Under the pieces are notes generated by a model. It did no database searches. It worked only from the letters and a program-made list of their open reading frames with translations, and was not told the DNA's origin. DNA of 64,000 nucleotides from Armatimonadota bacterium (GTDB taxonomy: Bacteria; Armatimonadota; Fimbriimonadia; Fimbriimonadales; Fimbriimonadaceae): contig JAFDWQ010000001.1 in the NCBI GenBank assembly GCA_018268395.1, positions 221,720 to 285,719 of the forward strand. Reading direction: 5' to 3'. Below are positions 16,630-26,700 of the stretch, one piece after another (the first letter of the stretch is position 1; each line of letters begins with the position of its first letter). The position numbers and the translations under genes are program-made.

Positions 16630-18213
16630 TCAATCTTTGGGGCCCTGGCCATCGTCGGCAGGGGTCGTCACTGGCTTCGCATAGATGAACGGGGCCTCCC
16701 GGACGCGCCGCGTCAAGCCCTTCGCGACCAACATGATCGGCAGGACGGAGCCGAAGAACCATAACGGGGACTGGAGGCACAGGAGGACGTGGCCTTGGGT
16801 CGTCGCTTCGGAGAACGTCCAGGTCTGCAGGAAGATCAAAGCCGCGACGTAGGCGTTCCGCTTGAGTTCGGGCCGGAACATGAGCCTGTACACCGTGAAA
16901 TAGGCCAACGAAGCGAGGAACGGCAGCCAGAACGCCCCGGCGTATTTGAAGCAGTAGAACCCGTCCGCTGCGATCCCGAGCGTGATCTGGGTGTAGTAAT
17001 CGGACTCTCCGACGAGGCCGTCGCCGAAGTGGGCGATCGTGTTACTCGTCCCGAACGCTTCCTTTTGCGGGTTCAAGAAACGGGGCAAGAGCATGTAGAA
17101 ACCGCTGATCGCGGTCTCCGGCCCGTTCGCGCCCCGTTGCAGCACCGCGTTCACGATATTGTCCGTCGCGTTGATGACGGAATACCGGTCGAGGGTCGGG
17201 ATCTTGCGGCCGTAATAGTACATCCGCTGCATCTGCCACGGCATCTGCGGCTGGAGTTGGCCTTCCTTCTCCCGGTACTTGCCAGGGTTCAGCGCGACGT
17301 CGCCGAGAAGCGCGCTCGCTTTCGCGACCCGTTCTTCGAGGCTACCGATACGGACTTCGCCCTCGCCGCGGGCGTACAGCGCGTAAGGGAAGATGATGAA
17401 CTGGAGCACGTACGCCGCGAGGCCGATCGTGACGTAGTGCCACAGTCGGAGCTTGAATCGGAAAGCGATGAGCGTCAACAGGAACGCGACGACCGCGCTG
17501 ACCGAGTCCTGACGGCCGGCGCCGAGGATCCCGAAGGCCATGGCCGCCAAGATCGCACTGACGTTCCAGACGCTGGCGCACCGGCGGCCGTTGGACACCT
17601 TGATGACGTGGGCGGTCGAGAACGTGACGGCCAGGGTCGTGAAGAAACCGAACTGCCGCAGAGGGCCCACGAAGCCGCCGATATAGGCGCCGCCCCCCGC
17701 ACCTTCGTACACGCCGAACTTCTGGAGAAGGAACATGCGCGCGATCGAGATGATCAAGAAGATGATCGCCATGAACCCGAGCCGTCGGACGTCTTCTTCA
17801 GGTTCGAAGATCGCCCGGACACGCTCGACGCGGAACAACTTGTAGATCAGGGCCGCCGACAAGATCCCGAGCGCCGCCAGGTTGTAGACGAACATCGTCT
17901 GGACAGGCTGGAGCAACCTGTCCGTCGCGACCTGCAGGAAGAACACCTTCGCGACCTGCGATACGACGACGTGCTGCATCATCATGACCGCGACGCTGAT
18001 CCCAGGAAGCGTCCAGAACCCTCCGACGACTTTGATCGCCAGCGAACTCAGGATGATGTACGTGGACACGAGGGACGCGAACCGCGGGTCTGTCCCCGTG
18101 ACGACTTGCGCCACGAACAAGATGACGATGAACATCGAAAGGGCAACGGTCCAAATGGAGACCCGCAGCCCGGCTGCGGCCGATTTGCCAGTTTCCAGCG
18201 CGGCCGAAGACAT
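16630..18213 (-). CDS. Multi-pass membrane protein, candidate Wzy-like polysaccharide polymerase
   Basis: At least 10 hydrophobic helices with one larger loop. Its position between glycosyltransferases and wzx fits a polymerase. No family motif recognised by eye, so the call is positional. Confidence 0.45.
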   Translation of the reverse strand: MSSAALETGKSAAAGLRVSIWTVALSMFIVILFVAQVVTGTDPRFASLVSTYIILSSLAIKVVGGFWTLPGISVAVMMMQHVVVSQVAKVFFLQVATDRLLQPVQTMFVYNLAALGILSAALIYKLFRVERVRAIFEPEEDVRRLGFMAIIFLIISIARMFLLQKFGVYEGAGGGAYIGGFVGPLRQFGFFTTLAVTFSTAHVIKVSNGRRCASVWNVSAILAAMAFGILGAGRQDSVSAVVAFLLTLIAFRFKLRLWHYVTIGLAAYVLQFIIFPYALYARGEGEVRIGSLEERVAKASALLGDVALNPGKYREKEGQLQPQMPWQMQRMYYYGRKIPTLDRYSVINATDNIVNAVLQRGANGPETAISGFYMLLPRFLNPQKEAFGTSNTIAHFGDGLVGESDYYTQITLGIAADGFYCFKYAGAFWLPFLASLAYFTVYRLMFRPELKRNAYVAALIFLQTWTFSEATTQGHVLLCLQSPLWFFGSVLPIMLVAKGLTRRVREAPFIYAKPVTTPADDGQGPKD

Positions 18214-18268
18214 GTCGTTCCGTACGATTCTACTCTCCAGATCGGTTCAAGACCGGAGGCTCGTCACC

Positions 18269-19447
18269 TTAAACTTCGAGAACAGGGCCGCTCGGCACCC
18301 TTAGGGACGACTTTCCGGTCAGGTCCTCGAACATGGTCGCGACCATGTCCCCGTAGTACGACCAGCCCTTCATGTCCTTGGCGCGCGTCAGCGCGGCCTG
18401 CCCCATACGGTCCCGCAAGTCCGGGTCGTCGGCCAATTGCTGGAGACGGGCCGCCATCGCCTCGTCGTCGGCGACCGGAACGATGAACCCTTCGACGCCT
18501 TCGTCGACGAGCATCTCGCCACCCGTGTTCGTCGTCGCGATGACGGGAGCGCCGCAAGCCATCGCCTGGCTCAGGACAAGGCCGTATCCGTCCTCGACGC
18601 TCGGCAGCACGAAGACGTGGCACCGGCTCATGTAACCCGGCAACTCGCCTTGGGGCAAGTGCCCGAGAACGTCGATCTGCATCTTGCCTTGCGCCTCTTC
18701 AAGGACGGGACGGATGTTCGGCTGGACGTTCCCGATCACCGTCAGCTTCTTCTTGGGGTGTCGCACGGCTTCAAAGGCACGGACCAGGTGCGGCGTTCCC
18801 TTGCGGAGCGAGCACAGGCCGACGTACAGGACCTCGAACGTCTCAGGGTCGGGCCTGTCGACAGGGCGGAACCGCTCGGTGTCGACGCCGTACGGGATCA
18901 AATGAAGCTTGTCTTCGGGAAAGCCCTCTTCTAAGAACGAACGGTACGCGAACTTGGACGGCACCGTCACCGCGTCGGCCAGGTCGTACTCTTCGCGTTC
19001 CCTTGCGATCATCCGGTCGTCGATCGGTCGGAGCGGGATCCCTTCCCTTTTGGACTCCTCCTGCAGGACGCGGTTCTGATAGGCGATATGGGAACACGGT
19101 CGGTCCAGGACGAACGCGGCCCCTCGGCTTTGGGCCGTCCTCCCGGTCAAGAGCGACGAGCCGTCCATGCCCATGAAGACGTCGCACTCGGGAAGGCTGC
19201 CGCGGGTGAACCAGTCGAACAGTGACCGGTCGAAGTACTCCAGTTCCCGTCCGACCGTGATCGAGATCAGTCGGTAAATGAGGTGGAAGTGCGGATAGAA
19301 CCGGAGGTAAGGCGCCAGTTCCTTTTCGCGCCGAAGTTTGAACCGGGGGTATCCGGTCAAGATCGCGGCGAGCATGCCCCGACGATGAAGCTCCGTGGCA
19401 AGCTCGAAGAAGTGGTATTTGGAGGGTGAACTGATGACGGCCCGCAT
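18269..19447 (-). CDS. Glycosyltransferase family 4 (GT-B)
   Basis: C-terminal VFVLPSVEDGYGLVLSQAMACGAPVIATTNTGG is the GT4 EX7E-like block. Confidence 0.75.
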   Translation of the reverse strand: MRAVISSPSKYHFFELATELHRRGMLAAILTGYPRFKLRREKELAPYLRFYPHFHLIYRLISITVGRELEYFDRSLFDWFTRGSLPECDVFMGMDGSSLLTGRTAQSRGAAFVLDRPCSHIAYQNRVLQEESKREGIPLRPIDDRMIAREREEYDLADAVTVPSKFAYRSFLEEGFPEDKLHLIPYGVDTERFRPVDRPDPETFEVLYVGLCSLRKGTPHLVRAFEAVRHPKKKLTVIGNVQPNIRPVLEEAQGKMQIDVLGHLPQGELPGYMSRCHVFVLPSVEDGYGLVLSQAMACGAPVIATTNTGGEMLVDEGVEGFIVPVADDEAMAARLQQLADDPDLRDRMGQAALTRAKDMKGWSYYGDMVATMFEDLTGKSSLRVPSGPVLEV

Positions 19448-19451
19448 GCGG

Positions 19452-20867
19452 TTATCGAGGATCCTCCATAGTGGCAGACTCGTCGTCTTTGGGTCCAGGC
19501 GCGGCCGAGCGGCGGAGGCCGGGGACAGGAGGCGTCAAGACCTGGGCCAAAAACGTCTTCGGGTCTTCGTGAAGCAAAGACCACGATTTCTGCCAGACGA
19601 AGGCGAGCATCACCGCTTCACCGATCACCATCGCGACCGCCACACCGACGAGGCCCGCTTGCTTGACGAGGGCCGCGGCGAGGGCGAAGACGCCCGTCGT
19701 CGTCGCGATGAACACGTACGCCGTGGACTGGTGCTTGTTGATCGACAGCGGGACGGAGGAACTGACGCCCCAAAGGCTGCCAAAGAGCGTGACGACGAGC
19801 AGCAGCCCGAGCAAGAGCGGATCGAGACCTTGGATGGTCGTCCACTTGGCGAACACCCAGGGCCCGATGAAGAAAAGCACGACCGAACTCGGGGCAACGA
19901 TCCAAAACGTGATCTGGATCGACTTCCGGTGCAAACGGCGGGCCAGGCCCAGGTCTCCGGCCCCGACCGCGCGGGAGAGCTCCGGCCAGACCGTGTTCCC
20001 CAGGGCGGTCGCAGCCTGAAGGACCACCCGGGTCAGGGTCCGGAGCGGACCGAAAAGGGCCGTGGCGGCCGGAGATAGGAACGCGCCGACCAGGATCAAA
20101 ATCCCCTGGATGCTCATCGCGTACCCCAGGTTGAACGCACTGAACGTGAGGGCCGGCCCGACCATCGGTTTGAGCGTGTCCTTGCCGGCATACCGCCAAC
20201 CCAGATAGAGCCACGGTGCGATCCTTCGGTACCAGGCCCAGAACGAGAGGTACGTGACGACTTTGAACACGATCAACGTCCAGGCGTAACACCATGGATC
20301 GCCACCGGCGACGACGACGACGATGCCCGCGACGACCTCGCACAGGCGCATCACGTTCATGAAGAACACGTTCCTGTCGAACATGCCGATCGCTTTGGCG
20401 ACCGAGTCGATGAGGCTCCCCTGTTGCGCGACCGCGACGCTCAGGAGGAGGACGGTCAGGATGCTCAGGCACTCGCGGGGCGACAGGGTGAAATTCTTGA
20501 ACCACTGGTCGAGCGGCGCGACGAAGCACACGACCATCGCGACCCCGACGACCCCGACCGTGAGGACGGTCGAGAGGAGCCACGCCGTCTGGAGGACCCG
20601 CAACGCCTCGAGGCGCTTTCCTTGGGCGACCAGCATCGTCATGTCGCTGCCCGCCGTGGTCCCGAATCCGAAACCCGACATCGACAAGTAGGTGGGGATC
20701 GAACTCAGGAACAGCCACTCTCCAAAGAGGTCTTGACCCCAGTAGCGCATGAACAGGGGCACGGTCACGACGCCCGACAAGAGGGTGACGACCTGCCCGA
20801 ACCCGTTCGCGGCCACGCCGCGGACGATGCGTTTGACCAGCGAACTTCGGGCTTCTCCGTCGCTCAT
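19452..20867 (-). CDS. wzx: Polysaccharide flippase, MOP superfamily (Wzx-like)
   Basis: About 12-14 TM helices. N-terminus LVKRIVRGVAANGFGQVVTLLSGVVTVPLFMRYWG is typical of polysaccharide biosynthesis / Wzx proteins. Confidence 0.75.
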   Translation of the reverse strand: MSDGEARSSLVKRIVRGVAANGFGQVVTLLSGVVTVPLFMRYWGQDLFGEWLFLSSIPTYLSMSGFGFGTTAGSDMTMLVAQGKRLEALRVLQTAWLLSTVLTVGVVGVAMVVCFVAPLDQWFKNFTLSPRECLSILTVLLLSVAVAQQGSLIDSVAKAIGMFDRNVFFMNVMRLCEVVAGIVVVVAGGDPWCYAWTLIVFKVVTYLSFWAWYRRIAPWLYLGWRYAGKDTLKPMVGPALTFSAFNLGYAMSIQGILILVGAFLSPAATALFGPLRTLTRVVLQAATALGNTVWPELSRAVGAGDLGLARRLHRKSIQITFWIVAPSSVVLFFIGPWVFAKWTTIQGLDPLLLGLLLVVTLFGSLWGVSSSVPLSINKHQSTAYVFIATTTGVFALAAALVKQAGLVGVAVAMVIGEAVMLAFVWQKSWSLLHEDPKTFLAQVLTPPVPGLRRSAAPGPKDDESATMEDPR

Positions 20868-20947
20868 GCCGCTACGTCCGGCTTGGGGAGGGTTCGGCTG
20901 GCCATGCTCCGCTACAGGGTGGTGAGTCTACCGAATGGCCGTCCCTG

Positions 20948-20953
20948 TATAAT
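20948..20953 (+). promoter_or_regulatory. Possible -10 element (TATAAT within TGTATAAT) upstream of the UbiA-family gene
   Basis: Perfect TATAAT, 23 nt upstream of the ATG at 20977, in the 100-bp divergent region between wzx and ubiA-like. Same octamer as at 9757-9764 (minus). No clear -35. Confidence 0.3.
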
Positions 20954-20976
20954 CGACCCGCCCGACCTTGGCCGCC

Positions 20977-21864
20977 ATGTTGAAGAACATCGTCCTCCTG
21001 CTTCGGCCGAAGCAGTGGAGCAAGAACGTGCTCGTCACGGCGGCATGGCTTTTTTCGGGCCGCTTGACCGATCCGGACGCTGCCTTTAAGGTGTTCCTCG
21101 CGTTCGTCGCGATGACGGCGGCGAGTTCGACCGTTTACATCGTCAACGACGTTCTCGACGTCAAGCGCGACCGGAACCATCCGACAAAGCGGAACCGGCC
21201 GATCGCGAGCGGGGCCGTTCCGGTCGGGCTCGCGCTCGCTTTCGCAGGCGTGACGTGTGCGGTCGCCCTGACGGTGGCGTGGTCGTTGAACAAGTCCAGC
21301 TTCTTGCTCGTCGCCTTCTACGTCGTCCTCCAGACCGCGTACAACTTGAAGCTGAAGTCTGTTCCCATCCTCGACGTCTACGTCATCGCGACGGGGTTCG
21401 TCCTGAGGGCCGTGCTTGGCGCGACCGCCTTGTCCGTGGCGATTTCCGGCTGGTTCCTTTTCTGCACGGGCGCGCTCGCGCTCATGCTCGGGTTCGCCAA
21501 GCGCCGACACGAGTTCCTGCTCCTTGGTGACGCCGTCGGTCAAAGCCGGGAGAGCCTGGCCCACTACACCCGGCCGGCCCTCGACGCCCTCGTCACGGTC
21601 TTCGCCTGCGGCGCCGCGATGTGTTACGGGATCTACACCCTCGAGAGCACGACGGCGTCCGAGCACCCTTCGATCATCTTGACCGCACCGTTCGTGTTCT
21701 ACGGCATCACGAGGTACCTGCTCCTGGTGTTCAAAAAGGACGAGGGCGGCGAGCCCGCCGACCTGCTCTACGGCGACCTTCACATCGCGGGAAGCGTGGT
21801 CTTGTTCATAGGGTCCGCGGTCCTTGCCATGTCGGGCCTCACCTTGCCGTTCTTAGAACAGTGA
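20977..21864 (+). CDS. UbiA-family prenyl-phosphate phosphoribosyltransferase (decaprenyl-phosphate 5-phosphoribosyltransferase-like)
   Basis: LRPKQWSKNVLV ... VYIVNDVLDVKRDRNHPTKRNRPIASG closely resembles the mycobacterial DPPR synthase block NDVRDVEADREHPTKRFRPIAAG. About 8 TM helices. The track start is a TTG at 20968; the ATG at 20977 is three codons inside. Confidence 0.75.
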   Translation: MLKNIVLLLRPKQWSKNVLVTAAWLFSGRLTDPDAAFKVFLAFVAMTAASSTVYIVNDVLDVKRDRNHPTKRNRPIASGAVPVGLALAFAGVTCAVALTVAWSLNKSSFLLVAFYVVLQTAYNLKLKSVPILDVYVIATGFVLRAVLGATALSVAISGWFLFCTGALALMLGFAKRRHEFLLLGDAVGQSRESLAHYTRPALDALVTVFACGAAMCYGIYTLESTTASEHPSIILTAPFVFYGITRYLLLVFKKDEGGEPADLLYGDLHIAGSVVLFIGSAVLAMSGLTLPFLEQ

Positions 21865-21898
21865 GCCGGCTTTCCTGCCGGTAGACTGGTCGGACCGC

Positions 21899-22261
21899 AT
21901 GGAAACCGTGCTCCTTTGGATCATCGTCGTGCTGGGCGCGTCGCTCGTCGTCCTGGCTGCGGTGTTCGTGAACGTGGCCCGCGGTCTCAAAGCGTCGTTG
22001 GTGCGGCTGGAAAGCCGGGTGCAGGGCCTTCAGGCGGATTTATCGGCCCAACAGGCCAACTTGGACGCCGTCCGTGCCGTATTAGAGAGGAAGCCCGACG
22101 ACCCCTTCGCCGAGCTGTTCGAAACGGTCCGGGGAATCCGTTCCCGAGGACTGCTTCCGACGGTCGCCTTCGTGGGTTTCAAGCTGTTTCGGTCATACTT
22201 GACCGGAAGGAAACGCCAAAAGGCGCTTCCGTCGATGAAAGAGAAACGGAGTGACGAATGA
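21899..22261 (+). CDS. Membrane-anchored coiled-coil protein (DUF948-like)
   Basis: N-terminal TM LLWIIVVLGASLVVLAAVFV, then a helical segment LVRLESRVQGLQADLSAQQANLDAV. ATGA overlap with the downstream YtxH-like gene. Confidence 0.5.
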   Translation: METVLLWIIVVLGASLVVLAAVFVNVARGLKASLVRLESRVQGLQADLSAQQANLDAVRAVLERKPDDPFAELFETVRGIRSRGLLPTVAFVGFKLFRSYLTGRKRQKALPSMKEKRSDE

Positions 22262-22488
22262 ACAATAACGACGACAAGAACGCTTTGGTCTACCTGTTGG
22301 CCGGGTTCGGTCTCGGCGCCCTCGTGGGAGCGCTGGCGGGCCTCCTGTTCGCCCCGAAGAGCGGCACCGAAATGCGCGAAGACCTGGGCGGCCGGATCAA
22401 GGACCTGAAGGGCAAGACCGAAGACTGGATCGCCGAGCAGCGCGCCAAGCGCGGCCCGATGAAGAACGCCGAAGAGCTGGGCGCGTAG
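22258..22488 (+). CDS. YtxH domain protein
   Basis: LLAGFGLGALVGALAGLLFAPKSGTEMREDL is the YtxH signature. Confidence 0.7.
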   Translation: MNNNDDKNALVYLLAGFGLGALVGALAGLLFAPKSGTEMREDLGGRIKDLKGKTEDWIAEQRAKRGPMKNAEELGA

Positions 22489-22507
22489 GCCCGGACACGG
22501 TTTTGAC

Positions 22508-22548
22508 GCGGGGTGCACGTCTCGAACCTGCACCCCGCCTTCGTTTTT
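22508..22548 (+). terminator. Rho-independent terminator
   Basis: Perfect 10-bp stem, GCGGGGTGCA (22508-22517) with TGCACCCCGC (22529-22538), followed by CTTCGTTTTTCT. Confidence 0.65.
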
Positions 22549-22577
22549 CTCCCGACGCTCCAAGGTAACGTAGCCGC

Positions 22578-23738
22578 GTGAACGCGTGGAGGATCGCGCT
22601 ATGGCTCGGAATCGTCGTCCTGATCCTAGGCTTCCTCTGGCTGGTCCGCGGTGTCCTTCCGCCTTTCATCCTGGCCCTCGTCATCGCCGTCGTCCTGGAA
22701 CCGGTCGTCAAACGTCTCCGTAAGCTCGGCGTCCCTCGTCCCCTCGCGGTCCTCTGCGTCCTCACCGTGTTCTTCGCTTCGCTCGTCGGCATCGGCACCC
22801 TGCTCGGACCGTACGTGTCGGCTCAATACGGTCAGGCCAAAGAGCAGGTCCAGACGCTGTACAACAAGATTTCAGCGACCGACCCCGATCAGGCCATGGC
22901 CGAGATCGATCTGACGCTCAAACGCTATGAGCCGACCCTTGTCCAGCTCCACCTCCCGACGACGCGACAAGAGATCGTCGCACAGTACGTCGATCCCAAC
23001 CGCGACCAGATCACGAAACAGGCCCAACAGTTCGTCACGGGCGGTGTCTTCAGCGTCCTCGCCTTTGCCGGGCAGGCCTTCATGTTCCTGCTGACCCCGG
23101 TCTTCGTGTTCGGCTTGTTGATTGACTTAGAGAGCCTCAGGATCGGTGTCGCCAGGTTCATACCTCCCTCCATACGGGCCGGGACGATCTCGCTCCTCGG
23201 CGACATCGGCGACGTGTTCCAGAAGTACCTGCGGGGTCTAGTGACCACGATCGTGCTCTATACGTTCGTCATGGGCGTCACCCTCGGCATCGTCGGGGCG
23301 CCGTACTTCATCGTCCTAGCGGCCGTGGCGGGCGTGCTCTACCTGATCCCGGTGATCGGAGGCGTCATCAGTTCGGTCGTGGTGTTCTTGGTCATCGGAC
23401 TGAGCGGACAGTCCAAGGGACTCTTGTTCAGCGCGGACAACTCGTGGACGTTCGCGCTTTACTGCATCGCCGTCCTGTTCGTCGTCGGGTTCGCGTACGA
23501 CTCCATCATCAACCCGCGGATCGTGGGCAAGGCCGTCAAGCTCAATCCAGTCCTCAGTGCGTTCGTCGTCTTCAGCGCAGGGGCCTTGTTCGGACTCCCG
23601 GGAATGCTCTGCGCCTATCCGGTCGCGGGTGCGATCAAAGTCGTGCTCGACAGGCTCGTGAGGTTCACCGGATCGACCGAAGGCGAGATCCGGTTGCCCG
23701 CGGTGCCGTTGCGCCACAGGCAGGCCCTGGAATCCTAG
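22578..23738 (+). CDS. AI-2E family transporter (PerM/YhhT-like)
   Basis: LPPFILALVIAVVLEPVVKRLRKLGVPRPLAVL and an 8-TM layout typical of PF01594-type proteins. GTG start. Confidence 0.8.
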   Translation: MNAWRIALWLGIVVLILGFLWLVRGVLPPFILALVIAVVLEPVVKRLRKLGVPRPLAVLCVLTVFFASLVGIGTLLGPYVSAQYGQAKEQVQTLYNKISATDPDQAMAEIDLTLKRYEPTLVQLHLPTTRQEIVAQYVDPNRDQITKQAQQFVTGGVFSVLAFAGQAFMFLLTPVFVFGLLIDLESLRIGVARFIPPSIRAGTISLLGDIGDVFQKYLRGLVTTIVLYTFVMGVTLGIVGAPYFIVLAAVAGVLYLIPVIGGVISSVVVFLVIGLSGQSKGLLFSADNSWTFALYCIAVLFVVGFAYDSIINPRIVGKAVKLNPVLSAFVVFSAGALFGLPGMLCAYPVAGAIKVVLDRLVRFTGSTEGEIRLPAVPLRHRQALES

Positions 23739-26700
23739 GTCGGTCCGGATCGAGCGAGCGCCGCCCGCTGCTCTTCGACCTTTCGGACGGCCTCTTGTAG
23801 CCCTTCCAACATCTCTCGACAAGCGGTGACCGGGTCGCCCGTGAACGGCCAGACCAACTGGTCCCGGCTCATGTACGCCTCCCGGTGCCCTTGGGTCAAG
23901 ATCGCGAACACGCGAGTCGACAAGTCGTTGTCCTGCCAGAACGAAACGAGCAGCCGGCCGCCTTTTCCGTCGATCCGCTCGACCTGGAGTTCCTGGGCTT
24001 GCAGCCGCAGCCGCATCACGGCGACGGCCGATCTGACCGCGTCCGGAAGCCGACCGTACCTGTCTTCGATCTCGGCTTCGACGGCGGTCAAGGACAACTG
24101 ACCCCGAGCCGACATCATCTCCTTGTAGTAGAAGAGGCGCTGTCCTTCGTCTTCGATGTACTCCGCCGGGATCAAGGCCTTCACGGGAAGGTCGACGGTC
24201 GGCAACGGTGCCAGTCCTTCGAGCGGGTCGCGGAGCGAAGGGTCCTTGCCGCCGTCCGCGAACGTCTTCAAGAACCCGACCTCGCTTTCTATGAGTTGCG
24301 TGTAGAGATCGAACCCGACGGCGCTCATCTGGCCGCTCTGCTTCGCCCCTAAGAGGTCGCCCGCTCCCCGGATCTGGAGATCGCGGAAGGCGAGCGAATA
24401 GCCGCTCCCGAGGTGGCTGAACTCTTGCAGGGCTCCCAATCGGGACGTCGCCTGCTCCGTCATCGTCTTCGTGCCCGCGTAGAGGAAGTAAGAATAGGCC
24501 TGACGGTCGCTACGGCCGACGCGCCCACGAAGTTGATAGAGCTGGGAGAGGCCGAACTTGTCGGCGTTTTCGACGATCAAGGTGTTCGCGTTGGGGATGT
24601 CCAGGCCGTTCTCGACGATCGTCGTGCTCACGAGGATGTCGATCTCACCCTTGATGAACCCGACCATGACCGGCTCCAGCTCTTTCTCGTGCATCTGCCC
24701 GTGCCCGACCGCGACCGTCGCCGTCGGCACCAGTTTGCGGATTTTCTCCGCGACGTGATGGATGCCGTCGACTCGGTTATAAACGTAATAGACTTGACCT
24801 CCCCGCGCCATTTCCCGGAGCACCGCTTCCCTCACGACCTCGGTGCTGAAGGGGCGGACGAACGTCCGGATCGGTAGCCGGCCGGGCGGCGGGTCGTTGA
24901 TGAGCGACATCGGTCGGATGTGCATCATCGCCATGCTGAGCGTGCGCGGGATCGGCGTCGCTGACAGCGTCAAGACGTCGATGTTCACCCGGATCTCCTT
25001 GAGCGCCTCTTTGTGCTTGACCCCGAACTTCTGCTCTTCGTCAATGATCAGGAGGCCCAGATCCTTGAACCGGAGCTCCTTGTTGAGCAAGGCGTGAGTG
25101 CCGATGACGATGTCCAACGTGCCGTCCGCCAGCCGCGTCTTCACGTCTTGCCGCTCGGCCGTCGTACAGAACCGGTTCAGGAGCCCGACCTGGGTCGGGA
25201 ACCCCGCCAGGCGTTCGGCGAAGTTCCGATAGTGCTGCTCGCTGAGGATCGTCGTCGGGCAGAGGACGGCGACCTGTTTGCCCGCCTGGGCCACTTTGAA
25301 CGCGGCCCGTACGGCGACCTCCGTCTTGCCGAAACCCACGTCGCCGCAGACGAGACGGTCCATCGGATAGTCGGTCTGGAGGTCGTCTTTGACGTCATGG
25401 ATGGCGGCCAACTGGCTGGGCGTTTCCATCCAAGGGAACGTGTGCTCCATTTCCGCCTGCCACGGCGAGTCGCTCCCGAACGTCGGGCGGACGACGCGCT
25501 TGCGCTCGGCGTAGAGGCGGATGAGTTCCCTAGCGAACTCGCGCGCCTCTTCCCTGGCTTTTCCCACGGTCCGCTGCCAGTCACCTCCTGTCAGCCGGTT
25601 CACTTTCGGCGGGGCGTCCTCTGGGGCCAAGTACTTCTGGATGCGGTCGAGCTGGTCGGCGGGTACGAACAGACGGTCGGGCGGTTTGTAGTCGATCTGA
25701 AGGAACTCCTTCTCGACTCCGTCCTGGATCCGCTTGACGAGTCCCTGGAACACACCGATCCCGAAATTGATGTGGACGACGAAGTCGCCCGGCTGAAGGT
25801 CCAGCACCGTCGTGACAGGGAGTCCCTCGCTGAACTTGCGCTGGGGGAGCTTGAGCCGGGCGACACCGAACAGTTCTTGGTCGGTCACGAGGCCGAACTT
25901 CCACGCCGGAACGACGAACCCGCCCGCCAGGTTTCCTTCGATCAGGACGAGCCTGCCCTTACCTGCGTCTTCGGGGGCTTGCTCGCCGTCGCTTTCGGAG
26001 ACGAACAGGTCGACTTGGGCCAGCACCGACTTGGCCCGCATGGGTTGGTCTGTAGAAACTCCGACCTGGACGCCCGCATCGAGCCAGTTCTGAACGGACT
26101 TCGTCAAGCCCACGGCCTGACCTCGGAAGGGAGCGAGCGATGCGGCGCCGATCTCCGTTTCCGGGCCGGCCGGAAACCAGGACGGAGCACCGTCCATCGT
26201 CAGCGCCAGGCTGCGCTCCGCCACCGAGAAGTGCTCGGGAGGCAGGACGTAGTCGTTGGCCGTGCTCTTCAGGATCTCCCCCCGGGCGGCACGGTGTTCG
26301 AGGGCTTGGCCCAGTTCGTCTTCGGCCCGTTGTGCGACGGCGTCGACTTCGAACGGTTCGTCCAACACGAGCAACCCGCTTTCCGGCAACAGGTCGACAG
26401 CGCATCCCGAGTCCGGATGGATCAGGGGCCGATAGAGGTCGAGGCGGTCGAAGAACACGCGTTTCCGCAACGCGTCCACGTCCCCTTGAACCGTCTCGCG
26501 AAGCCGTTGCGCCGCCTCGTCGGGCAATTGCGACTCTTCGATCGCCAGCGTCCGTTCGATCATGTCGACGACGTGGGCGTCTCCACCGGTCGGAACCATC
26601 GTCTCCCGGCTCGGGGCCACGGTCAGTTCGTCGACGCCGTCCAAGGAACGTTGGGACATCGGGTCGAACAACCGGACGCTTTCGACCTCGTCCCCGAAAA

